Counted from the stretch's first letter, positions 47,972-56,776 are shown. The stretch is 64,000 nucleotides of DNA from Patescibacteria group bacterium (GCA_041671365.1 JBAZBP010000004.1:5874-69873), one strand, 5' to 3'. Translations and numbers: made by a program. The notes: a model not told the origin generated them from the sequence alone.

Positions 47972-48538
47972 TTATGCTCGGGACAACTCCCAATAGTCGT
48001 CTCGTTTAGAAGCAACTTCTCTGTATTTTGTAAACAATTCCGCGGACTTTTCGAGTGAAATATTTTTTTCGTCAATTTTTCCATTAAAAATAAATAACTC
48101 AGGATTTTTTTCTGGAGTCACCATAAAATATTCTTGATGGTCCCTTTCCCAGTCTTTGCCGGGAGTTACATCTATTTCTACTCGTTGGCCGTTAATGACG
48201 CCTTTTAAAATTAAACTGTCCGGTACATCTTTTTTCCCGAACCATTGGTGTATAAAATTAATATTTGTCTTTATTTCCTTCAGATATAAGCTAGCATGTT
48301 TTTGTTTTTCAAGTTTGCTTGCTAATTTTTCCTCCTCGTTCTGTAGTTGTTGTTTTTTTTCATTATCGCTATCTAAATTAGCTATTTCATTTCTTGTTTT
48401 TTCTAATTCTCTTTTAGTTTTTTCTTCTTCCTTAGCCTCCATTTGAGCGATCCTTTCGCCGGTATAGTGTTTATAGTCTTTAGGTCGACTGTCGCCCGAT
48501 ACGATATCCAATAAATCGGGGTTTAATTCCTTGGCCAT
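47972..48538 (-). CDS. Hypothetical cytoplasmic protein with N-terminal coiled coil
   Basis: 188-aa ORF. A K/E/Q-rich predicted coiled coil (residues ~30-90) is followed by a small globular domain. No family recognised. Confidence 0.5.
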   Translation of the reverse strand: MAKELNPDLLDIVSGDSRPKDYKHYTGERIAQMEAKEEEKTKRELEKTRNEIANLDSDNEKKQQLQNEEEKLASKLEKQKHASLYLKEIKTNINFIHQWFGKKDVPDSLILKGVINGQRVEIDVTPGKDWERDHQEYFMVTPEKNPELFIFNGKIDEKNISLEKSAELFTKYREVASKRDDYWELSRA

Positions 48539-48803
48539 TCCCGCTTAATGCTCAGTATAGACTTTTTCATTTTTTTTATGCTCTGGGGGGAACGGATTAG
48601 TATCGAGCACGTTTTCTTTTATCATATTATTAATTATTATAAAAAGTTGTATATATTATTTAATAATTATAACAGGTTTAGATTATTTAGTAAATTTTAT
48701 ATCATAACTCCAAAAAGAGTTCATAAAACATTAACAGACAGAGACGCCTGTTTTTGTTTGTCCTTTTGGTGGTATAATTAAGTTGTAATGATGCGTAAAA
48801 AAT

Positions 48804-49109
48804 ATGTTTTTATGCCCACCGGGCAAACCAATTAAACTAAAAAAGGTAATTTATTTGATTAGTTTTATAATTCTTGGTCTTTTGTTAAGTTTAAATCTAC
48901 ATGCCTTAATAGAAATGAGATATTTATCTTGGCTTTCAAGCCAAGGCCGAATAGCACTATTTTATGGAGGTTGTGCTCTTCCGCCACTCATTCAGTTTGC
49001 AATTTGGGCCTTAGGAATAATTAGCGGGTATTTTTTCGGACATTTTTTCTGGCAGAAGATTTATATAGAAAGATATTGGGAAAAAACTAAAGTTATAGAT
49101 AAAAAGTAA
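48804..49109 (+). CDS. Small two-TM membrane protein of unknown function
   Basis: 101-aa ORF with two hydrophobic helices. The start codon is uncertain. Confidence 0.45.
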   Translation: MFLCPPGKPIKLKKVIYLISFIILGLLLSLNLHALIEMRYLSWLSSQGRIALFYGGCALPPLIQFAIWALGIISGYFFGHFFWQKIYIERYWEKTKVIDKK

Positions 49110-49211
49110 TCGCCAAAATACCAAAATTATTTTTTGGCGCTACCCTGATAAGTGCATCTCCTAAAATAGAAATAGTTTAAAATGGCTATTTTTTTTGTTC
49201 TCTTTACGGGT

Positions 49212-49223
49212 GAACAAATGTTT
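49212..49223. promoter_or_regulatory. Cheo-box-like putative LexA operator next to a TATAAT
   Basis: GAACAAATGTTT fits the GAAC-RNRY-GTTY core and ends 2 nt before TATAAT (49226-49231). Additional half-sites: TGTTC at 49196 and GTTC at 49232. Confidence 0.5.
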
Positions 49224-49252
49224 ACTATAATGTTCTCTGTAAGTTAAACTCT

Positions 49253-49819
49253 ATGATAGAAAAATATAAAAAACAAATTTTGCGATTTTACCAAAGGAAT
49301 CGTCGGATGCCTAACTACGCCGAGATAATGATGCTTCTCGGTTTTAAATCCAAGAATTCTGTTTTTAAATTGGTGGATAAACTAAAGAAAGAAAACTTTT
49401 TAGGTAAAGATATAAAAGGTAAATTAATTCCTAAGAATATTTATGGCGAACTAAGAGTCTTGGGTCAAGTGGAGGCTGGTTTTCCTTCTCCAGCCGAAGA
49501 AGAGTTGTCTGACACGATGAGTATGGATGAATATCTAATTAAGAATAAAGAAGCAACCTATATGCTTAAGGTTAGTGGTGAGTCGATGATAGATGCTGGT
49601 ATTATGCCCGGCGACATGGTTTTGGTGGATCGTAGTTTAACCGCCGTCGATGGTAACATCGTTATCGCCGAAGTAGACAATCAATGGACTATAAAATACC
49701 TTAGGAAGAAAGGGAAAGACGTTTATCTGGAACCGGCTAATAAGAAATTTTCTATTATCCGACCGAAGGAAGAATTAAAGATCGCGGCAGTGGTCAAAGC
49801 GGTAGTCAGAAAGTATTAA
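49253..49819 (+). CDS. lexA: LexA-like repressor (wHTH plus S24 self-cleaving peptidase)
   Basis: 188-aa ORF with an N-terminal wHTH (MPNYAEIMMLLGFKSKNSVFKLVDKL), Ala-Gly cleavage context VEAGFP, catalytic Ser in VSGESM and Lys in WTIKYL. Confidence 0.85.
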   Translation: MIEKYKKQILRFYQRNRRMPNYAEIMMLLGFKSKNSVFKLVDKLKKENFLGKDIKGKLIPKNIYGELRVLGQVEAGFPSPAEEELSDTMSMDEYLIKNKEATYMLKVSGESMIDAGIMPGDMVLVDRSLTAVDGNIVIAEVDNQWTIKYLRKKGKDVYLEPANKKFSIIRPKEELKIAAVVKAVVRKY

Positions 49820-49822
49820 TAT

Positions 49823-51127
49823 ATGTCTTTCAATTTATTTTCTTTTCCGCAAGCGATTCTCCACGTCGACGGTGATTGTTTTTTCGCGTCCTGTGAAGTC
49901 GCCCGTCACCCCGAGCTCAAGGGTAGGCCGGTTATAACTGGTTTAGAGCGGGGAATTGTTTCTTCTTTGACCTATGAAGCTAAGGCTCGTGGCGTGAAAC
50001 GAGCAATGTCTTTATGTGACGTCAAGAAGATTTGTCCCGACGTGGTATTTCTACCATCGGATTATGAGACCTATAGTTTGTATTCTTTACGGATGTTTAA
50101 TATTGTTAGGCGCTTTACGCCAGATGTAGAAGAATATAGCATTGATGAATGTTTTGCCGATTTAACCGGACTCCAACGACCGCTCAACATGTCCTATGAG
50201 AAAATGGCCGAGAAGATTAAAGCTACTTTAGATAATGAATTAGGTTTTACCTTTTCCGTCGGATTAGCTCCAACCAAAGTCCTGGCTAAATTGGGTTCTA
50301 AATGGAAAAAACCTTCAGGCTTAACAATTATTCCCGGCCGGGATATTCATCTTTATCTTGATAAATTAAGTATTGATAAAGTTTGGGGTATCGGTCCACA
50401 AACCACCGCCTATTTAAATAAATATGGAATTAGAACTGCTCGGCAATTTGCTGAAAAGGATTTGGATTGGGTTCAAACCAGATTAACCAAACCGCATCAG
50501 GAGATTTGGCAGGAGTTAAGGGGGAATATGATTTATAAGGTTGACCCCGATAAAAAGAATAGTTATCAATCAATCAGTAAAACCAAAACATTTACTCCGC
50601 CGTCTAAGGAGAGAGAATATGTTTTTAGTCAGTTATCTAAAAATACTGAAAATTCCTGCATTAAATTGCGCCGCTATCAGTTAGCGACCAAGAAAGTGTT
50701 TTTTTTCTTGAAGACTCAAGACTTTCACTACCATGGGTATGAGTTTAAACTTATTAGGCCGACCGATAATCCGATTGAGATAATTAAAATGATTGATAAG
50801 TATTTTAATCAAGTATTTCTTCAAGATAAGTTATTTCGGGCGACGGGGATAATACTAGCAGATTTAGTCGAGAACACATCTCGTCAGGCCGACCTATTTA
50901 ATGAAGTAATAACCGCAGAAAAGATTTCCAAAATATTCGGCAGCGTTGATGGTATTTCTAAACGTTACGGTAAACATACTTTATTTCTTGGTTCCAGTTT
51001 CGAGGCGATGAACAAATCTCAACACGAAGGAGATAGACAGATAGCGGCCGAACGCAAAGAGGAATTGTTTAAAGGAGAAACATTCAGGAAAAGATTGGCT
51101 ATTCCTTTTTTGGGAGGGGCGGTATAG
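49823..51127 (+). CDS. Y-family (UmuC/DinB-like) translesion DNA polymerase
   Basis: 434-aa ORF starting 4 nt after lexA, with ILHVDGDCFFASCE, SIDECFADLTG and VWGIGPQT blocks. Confidence 0.88.
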   Translation: MSFNLFSFPQAILHVDGDCFFASCEVARHPELKGRPVITGLERGIVSSLTYEAKARGVKRAMSLCDVKKICPDVVFLPSDYETYSLYSLRMFNIVRRFTPDVEEYSIDECFADLTGLQRPLNMSYEKMAEKIKATLDNELGFTFSVGLAPTKVLAKLGSKWKKPSGLTIIPGRDIHLYLDKLSIDKVWGIGPQTTAYLNKYGIRTARQFAEKDLDWVQTRLTKPHQEIWQELRGNMIYKVDPDKKNSYQSISKTKTFTPPSKEREYVFSQLSKNTENSCIKLRRYQLATKKVFFFLKTQDFHYHGYEFKLIRPTDNPIEIIKMIDKYFNQVFLQDKLFRATGIILADLVENTSRQADLFNEVITAEKISKIFGSVDGISKRYGKHTLFLGSSFEAMNKSQHEGDRQIAAERKEELFKGETFRKRLAIPFLGGAV

Positions 51128-51182
51128 AGTTATTTCTATAGGAAAATATAAAGCCAATAAACATGAAGAGAGCCCTTATACT

Positions 51183-51920
51183 ATGGCTTTTTTAAGTTTA
51201 TTTTGGAGCGCTATTTTTTTTATACTAATCAGCCTAATGAAAAATAGTGCGTTTATTTTTAAACTTGCTTCTTTGCCCACTTTTTCTATTAGAGCGATTC
51301 TAGAAGTTATTCAGTTGTATGTTTCAATTTTCGCCGTTATAAAGGCTGATAGAACTACTTTTAGTTTCGTCAGAACAATCACCATCCCTCTTCTTTTGCT
51401 GGTTGATTTTATTGTTGGTTATAAAATAGGTACCGCCCCTTTAATTGGGATAACTTTAATAATCGTGGCTCTTTTGTTAGCTTCTTCTCAGAATGGTATA
51501 AAAAAGAAAGGTCTGAGGTTTGTTATTTTTTCGGCCGTTAATGCCGTGATAACCACTTCTTTATTTAAGTATAATATTATTCATTATAATTCAATTGTCG
51601 CCGAGCAATTAATAATAACGTTAATATTATTAATTTGTTCGGTATTTTTTATTCTGATTAAGGAAAAAGAAAACCCTTTTGCCTTCTTAACTAAACCCGT
51701 ATTTTTTTTACAATCTATAACCACCGGCCTCGCTGGAGTCATTGAAAGTTTTGCCTTTAATTTTAGTGTGCCCACAATTTTAATGGCGGCTAAGAGGTCC
51801 TCAGCTATATTTTGGTCAATTTTATCGGGCCAAGGATATTTTAAAGAAAAACATATTTTATTTAAATTCCTTATTTTTTCTATCATGCTTTTTGGTTTGG
51901 TTCTTTTATCGTTTAATTAG
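51183..51920 (+). CDS. Multi-pass membrane protein, DMT/EamA-like by architecture
   Basis: 245-aa ORF with about 8 TM helices arranged as two similar halves. Family assignment is from architecture only. Confidence 0.5.
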   Translation: MAFLSLFWSAIFFILISLMKNSAFIFKLASLPTFSIRAILEVIQLYVSIFAVIKADRTTFSFVRTITIPLLLLVDFIVGYKIGTAPLIGITLIIVALLLASSQNGIKKKGLRFVIFSAVNAVITTSLFKYNIIHYNSIVAEQLIITLILLICSVFFILIKEKENPFAFLTKPVFFLQSITTGLAGVIESFAFNFSVPTILMAAKRSSAIFWSILSGQGYFKEKHILFKFLIFSIMLFGLVLLSFN

Positions 51921-52086
51921 AAAATTATGGATTTTTAATTTGATATATAATCATATAGGCGCTGTGCTTACCCGCTGAACTCGCTTATCTGAAGTTGGAC
52001 GAGGGCACATTTATGTGTTACGCTTCTAGATCAAATATGAACATTAATAATTAAATAAATAAAAATAAAAAGGAGCATTGAAAGAG

Positions 52087-53571
52087 ATGAAAAAAGTGAA
52101 AAAAGAATCAGAAAACGAAGTGTTTGACAATAGTTCTGTAGTAGAACAAATAATTACTAGCGCACACGAAGGGATTATTGTTTATGGTCCCGACTTGCGC
52201 TATCAGTTTTGGAATCAATACATGGAAAATCTTACAGGCAAGTCGGCCGGTGAAGTGTTGGGTAAACATCCCTTAGAGGTGTTTCCTTTCTTACGGGAGG
52301 TCGGCATTGTTGAGCGCTTGCAAAAAGTTATTGTCGGAGGAAAAGTCAACTCTATTGATTTTTCTTATGATGATTTGAAGACTAACAAACGCCGTTGGTC
52401 TCTAGATTCCAATATTGCCTTGAAAAATAAAAAGGGTGAAATCGTTGGAATTCTAGGAACAGTTATCGATATTACTGATCGTAAATTGATGGAGCGACAA
52501 TGGCAAGAAAGCGAGGAAAAATATCATCAAGTTTTTTCTACGGTAAACGACGCGATAGTTCTTGTTGATTCGGCAACCGGGAAAATAATAGATGTAAATA
52601 TGTCGTTTTTAGATTTGTATGGATATTCTAGAGAAGAAATATTAAGCATGAATATTACGGATATCTCCGCGGAAGAAGAAAAAACTAAGGATAGTATAGC
52701 CGGAGTTATTACCGGTGAGGTTAAATTTGTTCCTGTGCGTTATCATAAGAAGAAGAATGGAATTATATTTCCGGTGGAGATATCCTCTTGTTTTTTTATA
52801 ACCAATGGCCAAGGTGTGGTTTGCGGGATGTACAGAGACATCTCTGAGCGTGAAAAAGTTAATCAAATGATAGCAGAAAAAAATAAAGAGTTGCTTAAAG
52901 TTAATGAAGAAAAAGATAAATTTTTTTCTATTATTGCTCATGATTTGCGAAGTCCTTTCGGCTATTTTCTTAACCTAACAGAAATCCTTGTAAAGGAAAC
53001 GCTTGACATGAAAAAAGACGAAATTGTTGAGATAGCCACTGGTCTTAATAACTCTGCTCGGGGCATCTATATTCTCCTAGAAAATTTATTGGAATGGTCA
53101 ATGATTAATCGAGGAGTCGTTGATTGTTATTCGGAAATATTTTCGCTTGGGCAGATAGTTAAAGAGTGCGTAGAGTTGGTTAAAGGGGCGGCGTTGATAA
53201 AAAAAATAGATATTGAAAACAAAATAGATCAAAATTTTCAAATTTATGGGGATCAACGTATGTTAAAATTGGTAGTTCGCAATCTACTTTCTAATGCTAT
53301 CAAATTTACACTACCGGGCGGTCGAGTAATTATTCGTGCGGAAAATTCAGTTGTTATGATAAGTGATTCCGGCATAGGAATGAATAAAAAAATGGTTGAC
53401 ACTCTTTTCCAGTTTGGAGCCAAAAATGGGCGGAGAGGGACCGATAACGAAACAAGCTCAGGATTGGGACTAGTCCTTTGTAAAGAATATGTCGAAAAAA
53501 ATGGTGGAAAACTTTGGGTAGAGAGCGAGGAAGGAAAAGGTGGTACCTTCTTCTTTACTATCAAGAAATAA
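52087..53571 (+). CDS. PAS-domain sensor histidine kinase (no adjacent response regulator)
   Basis: Track ORF from TTG 52078; ATG at 52087 sits behind AAGGAG. Two PAS-like modules, H-box FFSIIAHDLRSPF, N-box LLSNAIKFT, G-boxes DSGIGM and GLGLVLC. Confidence 0.85.
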   Translation: MKKVKKESENEVFDNSSVVEQIITSAHEGIIVYGPDLRYQFWNQYMENLTGKSAGEVLGKHPLEVFPFLREVGIVERLQKVIVGGKVNSIDFSYDDLKTNKRRWSLDSNIALKNKKGEIVGILGTVIDITDRKLMERQWQESEEKYHQVFSTVNDAIVLVDSATGKIIDVNMSFLDLYGYSREEILSMNITDISAEEEKTKDSIAGVITGEVKFVPVRYHKKKNGIIFPVEISSCFFITNGQGVVCGMYRDISEREKVNQMIAEKNKELLKVNEEKDKFFSIIAHDLRSPFGYFLNLTEILVKETLDMKKDEIVEIATGLNNSARGIYILLENLLEWSMINRGVVDCYSEIFSLGQIVKECVELVKGAALIKKIDIENKIDQNFQIYGDQRMLKLVVRNLLSNAIKFTLPGGRVIIRAENSVVMISDSGIGMNKKMVDTLFQFGAKNGRRGTDNETSSGLGLVLCKEYVEKNGGKLWVESEEGKGGTFFFTIKK

Positions 53572-53753
53572 ATATTTTATTAATTATTTTATATACCTCG
53601 CAGATAATGCAGGGTTTTTTATTTAGGTTTAAATTATTAAATAGAAATATTGCTGCTTTTTGCTGGCACCAGTATAATTAAGTTAGAGAAGTTTTTGGGT
53701 AAGATTTAATTAAGTTTATCGTCATAGATAGTATCAATAGGAGCGTCTATTAA

Positions 53754-54323
53754 ATGAAAGCTTATTTTCAGGAAAAACAGATTTTAGCTAAAATTAATCA
53801 AGGCGATGAGGATACATTTTTAAAAATGTATAATTATTATGCTCCTAGGTTGTTTAAGCATGCTTGTTTTCGTCTTGGTTCTCGAGAACAAGCCGAAGAC
53901 ATGGCTCAACAGGTTTTCTATAAAACCTGGCAATATATTATAAATTCCGAGCATAAAATTGATAATTTAAACGCTTTTCTCTATAAAACTCTAAATAATT
54001 TAATCGCCGATTATTATCGTAGACCGGGAAATGAAAATATTTCGCTTGATAATCCCAGTAATGGCCTGGAGGAAAAATTGTCTGTCGAGCCGTTATACGA
54101 AGAGGCTATCGATCAGGATTTAGAAAAAAATAAAGTGAGAGAATCATTAAAACAGCTAACGGTCGACCAACAAAAATTAATTATTTGGCGCTACTTTGAT
54201 GATTTATCGGTTTCTGAAATAGCCAAGGTTAGCGGAAAATCGTTTAATGCGGTTTATGTGGGAATTCACCGGTCCCTAAAAGAATTAAAAAAAGTAACGA
54301 ACGAAGTATATGAAAAAATTTAG
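53754..54323 (+). CDS. ECF-type sigma-70 family RNA polymerase sigma factor
   Basis: 189-aa ORF with region 2 (AEDMAQQVFYKTWQY...LYKTLNNLIADYYR) and region 4 HTH (LSVSEIAKVSGKSFNAVYVGIHRSLKEL). Confidence 0.85.
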   Translation: MKAYFQEKQILAKINQGDEDTFLKMYNYYAPRLFKHACFRLGSREQAEDMAQQVFYKTWQYIINSEHKIDNLNAFLYKTLNNLIADYYRRPGNENISLDNPSNGLEEKLSVEPLYEEAIDQDLEKNKVRESLKQLTVDQQKLIIWRYFDDLSVSEIAKVSGKSFNAVYVGIHRSLKELKKVTNEVYEKI

Positions 54324-55578
54324 AATAATCGAGAATATTAATAAATTGAAAGAAATTTCGGTTAATTCCGAGTGGATTAATAATGGTCAAAAGAATCTTC
54401 AAAACTTTATGGCGGAAAATCCGGTAAGAAATTTTGAGCCGGATCGTCATAATTGGCAGGAGGGAATATTTAAAAAACTAATTTTAAAACCTATGCCAAT
54501 CGCTATTATCGCCATTATCGCTAGTTTAATTACCGGCAGCGGAGTAGTAACCGCTTCACAAAACAGCTTACCAACCGACAGACTTTATCCTGTTAAATTA
54601 ATAATGGAAAAAGTCGAAGAAGCGACAACTTTTGATAAGATTAAAAAAGTTGAATTACAGACAAAGTTGGCGACGAATCGTTTAGAAGAAATAAAACAAC
54701 TGCAGCTTCAGGGTCGAGCGACCAAAATAATCGTCGAGAATAATTTGCAGAAATATCAAAGCAACTTAACTAAAGCTCAAGTATACCTAGCTAATATTAA
54801 TACGGATAAAGCAATTTCTTGGCCAAAAGTTATTGAGGTTTCAAAGAATTTAGAGAAGGATATTAATAGCCAGGGATCGTTTATTGCGACGATAGAAGCG
54901 GGGGCACCAGTTGAATATAAGACTGTTTTATCCCAGAAACGAGAAAGTGTTTTGGCCGGCTCACCAGCAATACCAATATTATCTGCTGTTTCAACTGTTC
55001 CCAGTGTAGTTTCAACTGTTATCAACACTTCGTCGATAACCGCAGAGACGCCAACAACCCTATCAATCCCAGCCATTTCTATACCGTTAACTGTTTCTTC
55101 AAGCTCTATTACGTCGGATCAATCTCGACTCGATGTTATCAGCAAAGATCAAGCCTTAGAAATTGCCAAGAAATCAGGTTTAGCTAAGGGAACAAAAGAG
55201 TGGACAGCCGGGTTATATTGGTATTATGGAAAAATAAATAATTATGTTTGGGCTATTTCTAATAATCTTTCGGAATTTAACGGACAAACAGTAATTATTA
55301 ATGCTAAATCGGGAGAAGTTTATCAGATCTCTGACTATCAAGTGATTAATAATTCGACAACCCCGAGTGTTAAACCGCCAATTACAGTTACACCAATAAT
55401 TACTTTGCCGCCGACGCAGACAAGTATCACGCCAAAACCGGATAATTGCCCTGAATATATTAATTGTATGCCCGGCATCATTAAGACATCGCTGGATATT
55501 AATGGGTCGGGAGAGGTAGCGACCAGTTCTTGTCAAATTCCGATCGGTTGCGAAAAAATTACTAAGATTGCTTATTAA
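54310..55578 (+). CDS. Membrane-anchored DUF5667-like protein with PepSY-like domain (candidate anti-sigma/partner of the ECF sigma)
   Basis: 422-aa ORF overlapping the sigma gene by 14 nt. It has one TM helix, a helical DUF5667-like region (LYPVKLIMEKVEE), a Ser/Thr/Pro linker, a PepSY-like block and a Cys-containing tail. Confidence 0.6.
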   Translation: MKKFRIIENINKLKEISVNSEWINNGQKNLQNFMAENPVRNFEPDRHNWQEGIFKKLILKPMPIAIIAIIASLITGSGVVTASQNSLPTDRLYPVKLIMEKVEEATTFDKIKKVELQTKLATNRLEEIKQLQLQGRATKIIVENNLQKYQSNLTKAQVYLANINTDKAISWPKVIEVSKNLEKDINSQGSFIATIEAGAPVEYKTVLSQKRESVLAGSPAIPILSAVSTVPSVVSTVINTSSITAETPTTLSIPAISIPLTVSSSSITSDQSRLDVISKDQALEIAKKSGLAKGTKEWTAGLYWYYGKINNYVWAISNNLSEFNGQTVIINAKSGEVYQISDYQVINNSTTPSVKPPITVTPIITLPPTQTSITPKPDNCPEYINCMPGIIKTSLDINGSGEVATSSCQIPIGCEKITKIAY

Positions 55579-55600
55579 AATATAAAAAAAGGTATTACTA

Positions 55601-55629
55601 AAACTCAGTGATCTTGTCACTGAGTTTTT
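55601..55629. terminator. Bidirectional terminator between convergent genes
   Basis: Stem AAACTCAGTGA / TCACTGAGTTT with flanking A/T runs. Confidence 0.7.
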
Positions 55630-55714
55630 GATTTTACATGATCTGAGTATGTATGATAATAATTTATGGCACCTAGAATTTAAGCTCTTTGATTTGAATA
55701 ATAAAAATTAATTT

Positions 55715-56512
55715 TTATTTAATTTCGTATTGGAGAGTAACGCTGACGCTTACTTCTTGCGAGCCGGGCTGGATAACTGGCGCCGGGGCCGACTCCGAAC
55801 CTGTCGCCGTCGTTTTCATCATCAAGCGATCATTATATACCGGATATTGAGATCCTTCCTGAATACCCAGAAGGCGTCCGACGCTGAAACCGCCGGTTTT
55901 AGCGATAGCTTCGGCTTTAGCTTTAGCTTTAATCATGGCTTCGGTGCGAGCTTGACCTTGGGCTATAGTCGGATCATCGATAGTAAAGGAAAGCGCGCCT
56001 ACTTGGTTAGCGCCATTTTTGACGACTCCGCCGACAATATCCCCGATTTTAGTAAAATCACGAACCTTAATATTAACCGATTGGGTGATGGTATAACCGA
56101 CGATAGACGGTGGCGGGCAAGACTTAATGGCCTGTCCTCCGATTACGCTATAAGGAATAATTCCGCAATTTGAAGTTTCGTAGCGCGGGTTAACGCTATA
56201 AGCTTCGGTTTTAATATCTCTATCTTCTACTCCTTTTGATTTTATGAAAGCGATGGCCTTATTAGTCGTGTCAGTATTTTTTGTTTGTAGAGACGTCATG
56301 TCATTTCCTCCTTCGGTGATTACTTGAAAATTAAATTCGGCGACATCGGGAATAGAAGTTACTTTAGCGTCGCTCGTGACCGAGAAACTTCTAAAAGAAG
56401 AAGGCTGGATCATTTTACTGTAAGAGTCGACGTAACTTAGAGCGGCGTAACCTAAAGCCAAAACGACGATAGCGGCGCTTACTCCTAATAAATCTTTGAT
56501 GATTTTAGTCAT
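55715..56512 (-). CDS. SIMPL (DUF541) domain-containing secreted protein
   Basis: 265-aa ORF with an N-terminal anchor/signal. Pattern typical of SIMPL: VTSDAKVTSIPDVAEFNFQV ... DIKTEAYSVNPRYE ... VSVSVTLQYEI. Confidence 0.75.
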   Translation of the reverse strand: MTKIIKDLLGVSAAIVVLALGYAALSYVDSYSKMIQPSSFRSFSVTSDAKVTSIPDVAEFNFQVITEGGNDMTSLQTKNTDTTNKAIAFIKSKGVEDRDIKTEAYSVNPRYETSNCGIIPYSVIGGQAIKSCPPPSIVGYTITQSVNIKVRDFTKIGDIVGGVVKNGANQVGALSFTIDDPTIAQGQARTEAMIKAKAKAEAIAKTGGFSVGRLLGIQEGSQYPVYNDRLMMKTTATGSESAPAPVIQPGSQEVSVSVTLQYEIK

Positions 56513-56776
56513 AAATTTAATGATTATTTTTTATATTTTATAGTATAGCATACTTAGTGGGTCAGGGTTAAATTTATACAAACTTAGACGATTGACAAAT
56601 TTTGATTTATCGTCTATTATTGTCATTATAAATTAATATCACCTTTAATAAAACTTACGGATTTAATAGCTTCTTTAAAACAAAGAAAGCTAAAGGTGGC
56701 CGTAAGGCTAGATGTTAAACGTCGGGCTAAGGAAGCTTTTTTTATTAAAATCGGTAAAAGGAGCAACCTCAAATAT

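Noticed and set aside
48548-48781. 77-aa ORF in the 265-nt AT-rich gap between divergent genes.
   Set aside because: Its composition is Phe/Ile/Asn/Tyr-rich, typical of translated AT-rich intergenic DNA. It has no RBS, so it is more likely a promoter region for the flanking genes.
56668-56747. Alternative pairings in the rpsA leader (AGCTTCTTT with AAAGAAAGCT, versus AGCTTC with GAAGCT plus a T-run), considered as a possible attenuator or S1 autoregulatory structure.
   Set aside because: The second pairing would enclose a ~55-nt loop, and the stems are short and AT-rich. I could not build a convincing mutually exclusive fold by eye.
31522-56776. N-terminal extensions implied by the ORF-track starts of glyA (31522), folD (32783), recQ (33561), the histidine kinase (52078) and rpsA (56696).
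   Set aside because: Internal ATGs (31558, 32819, 33627, 52087, 56777) reproduce the conserved family N-termini and remove overlaps with upstream genes or leaders. The longer forms are probably artefacts of longest-ORF calling. The glyA and kinase starts remain uncertain.
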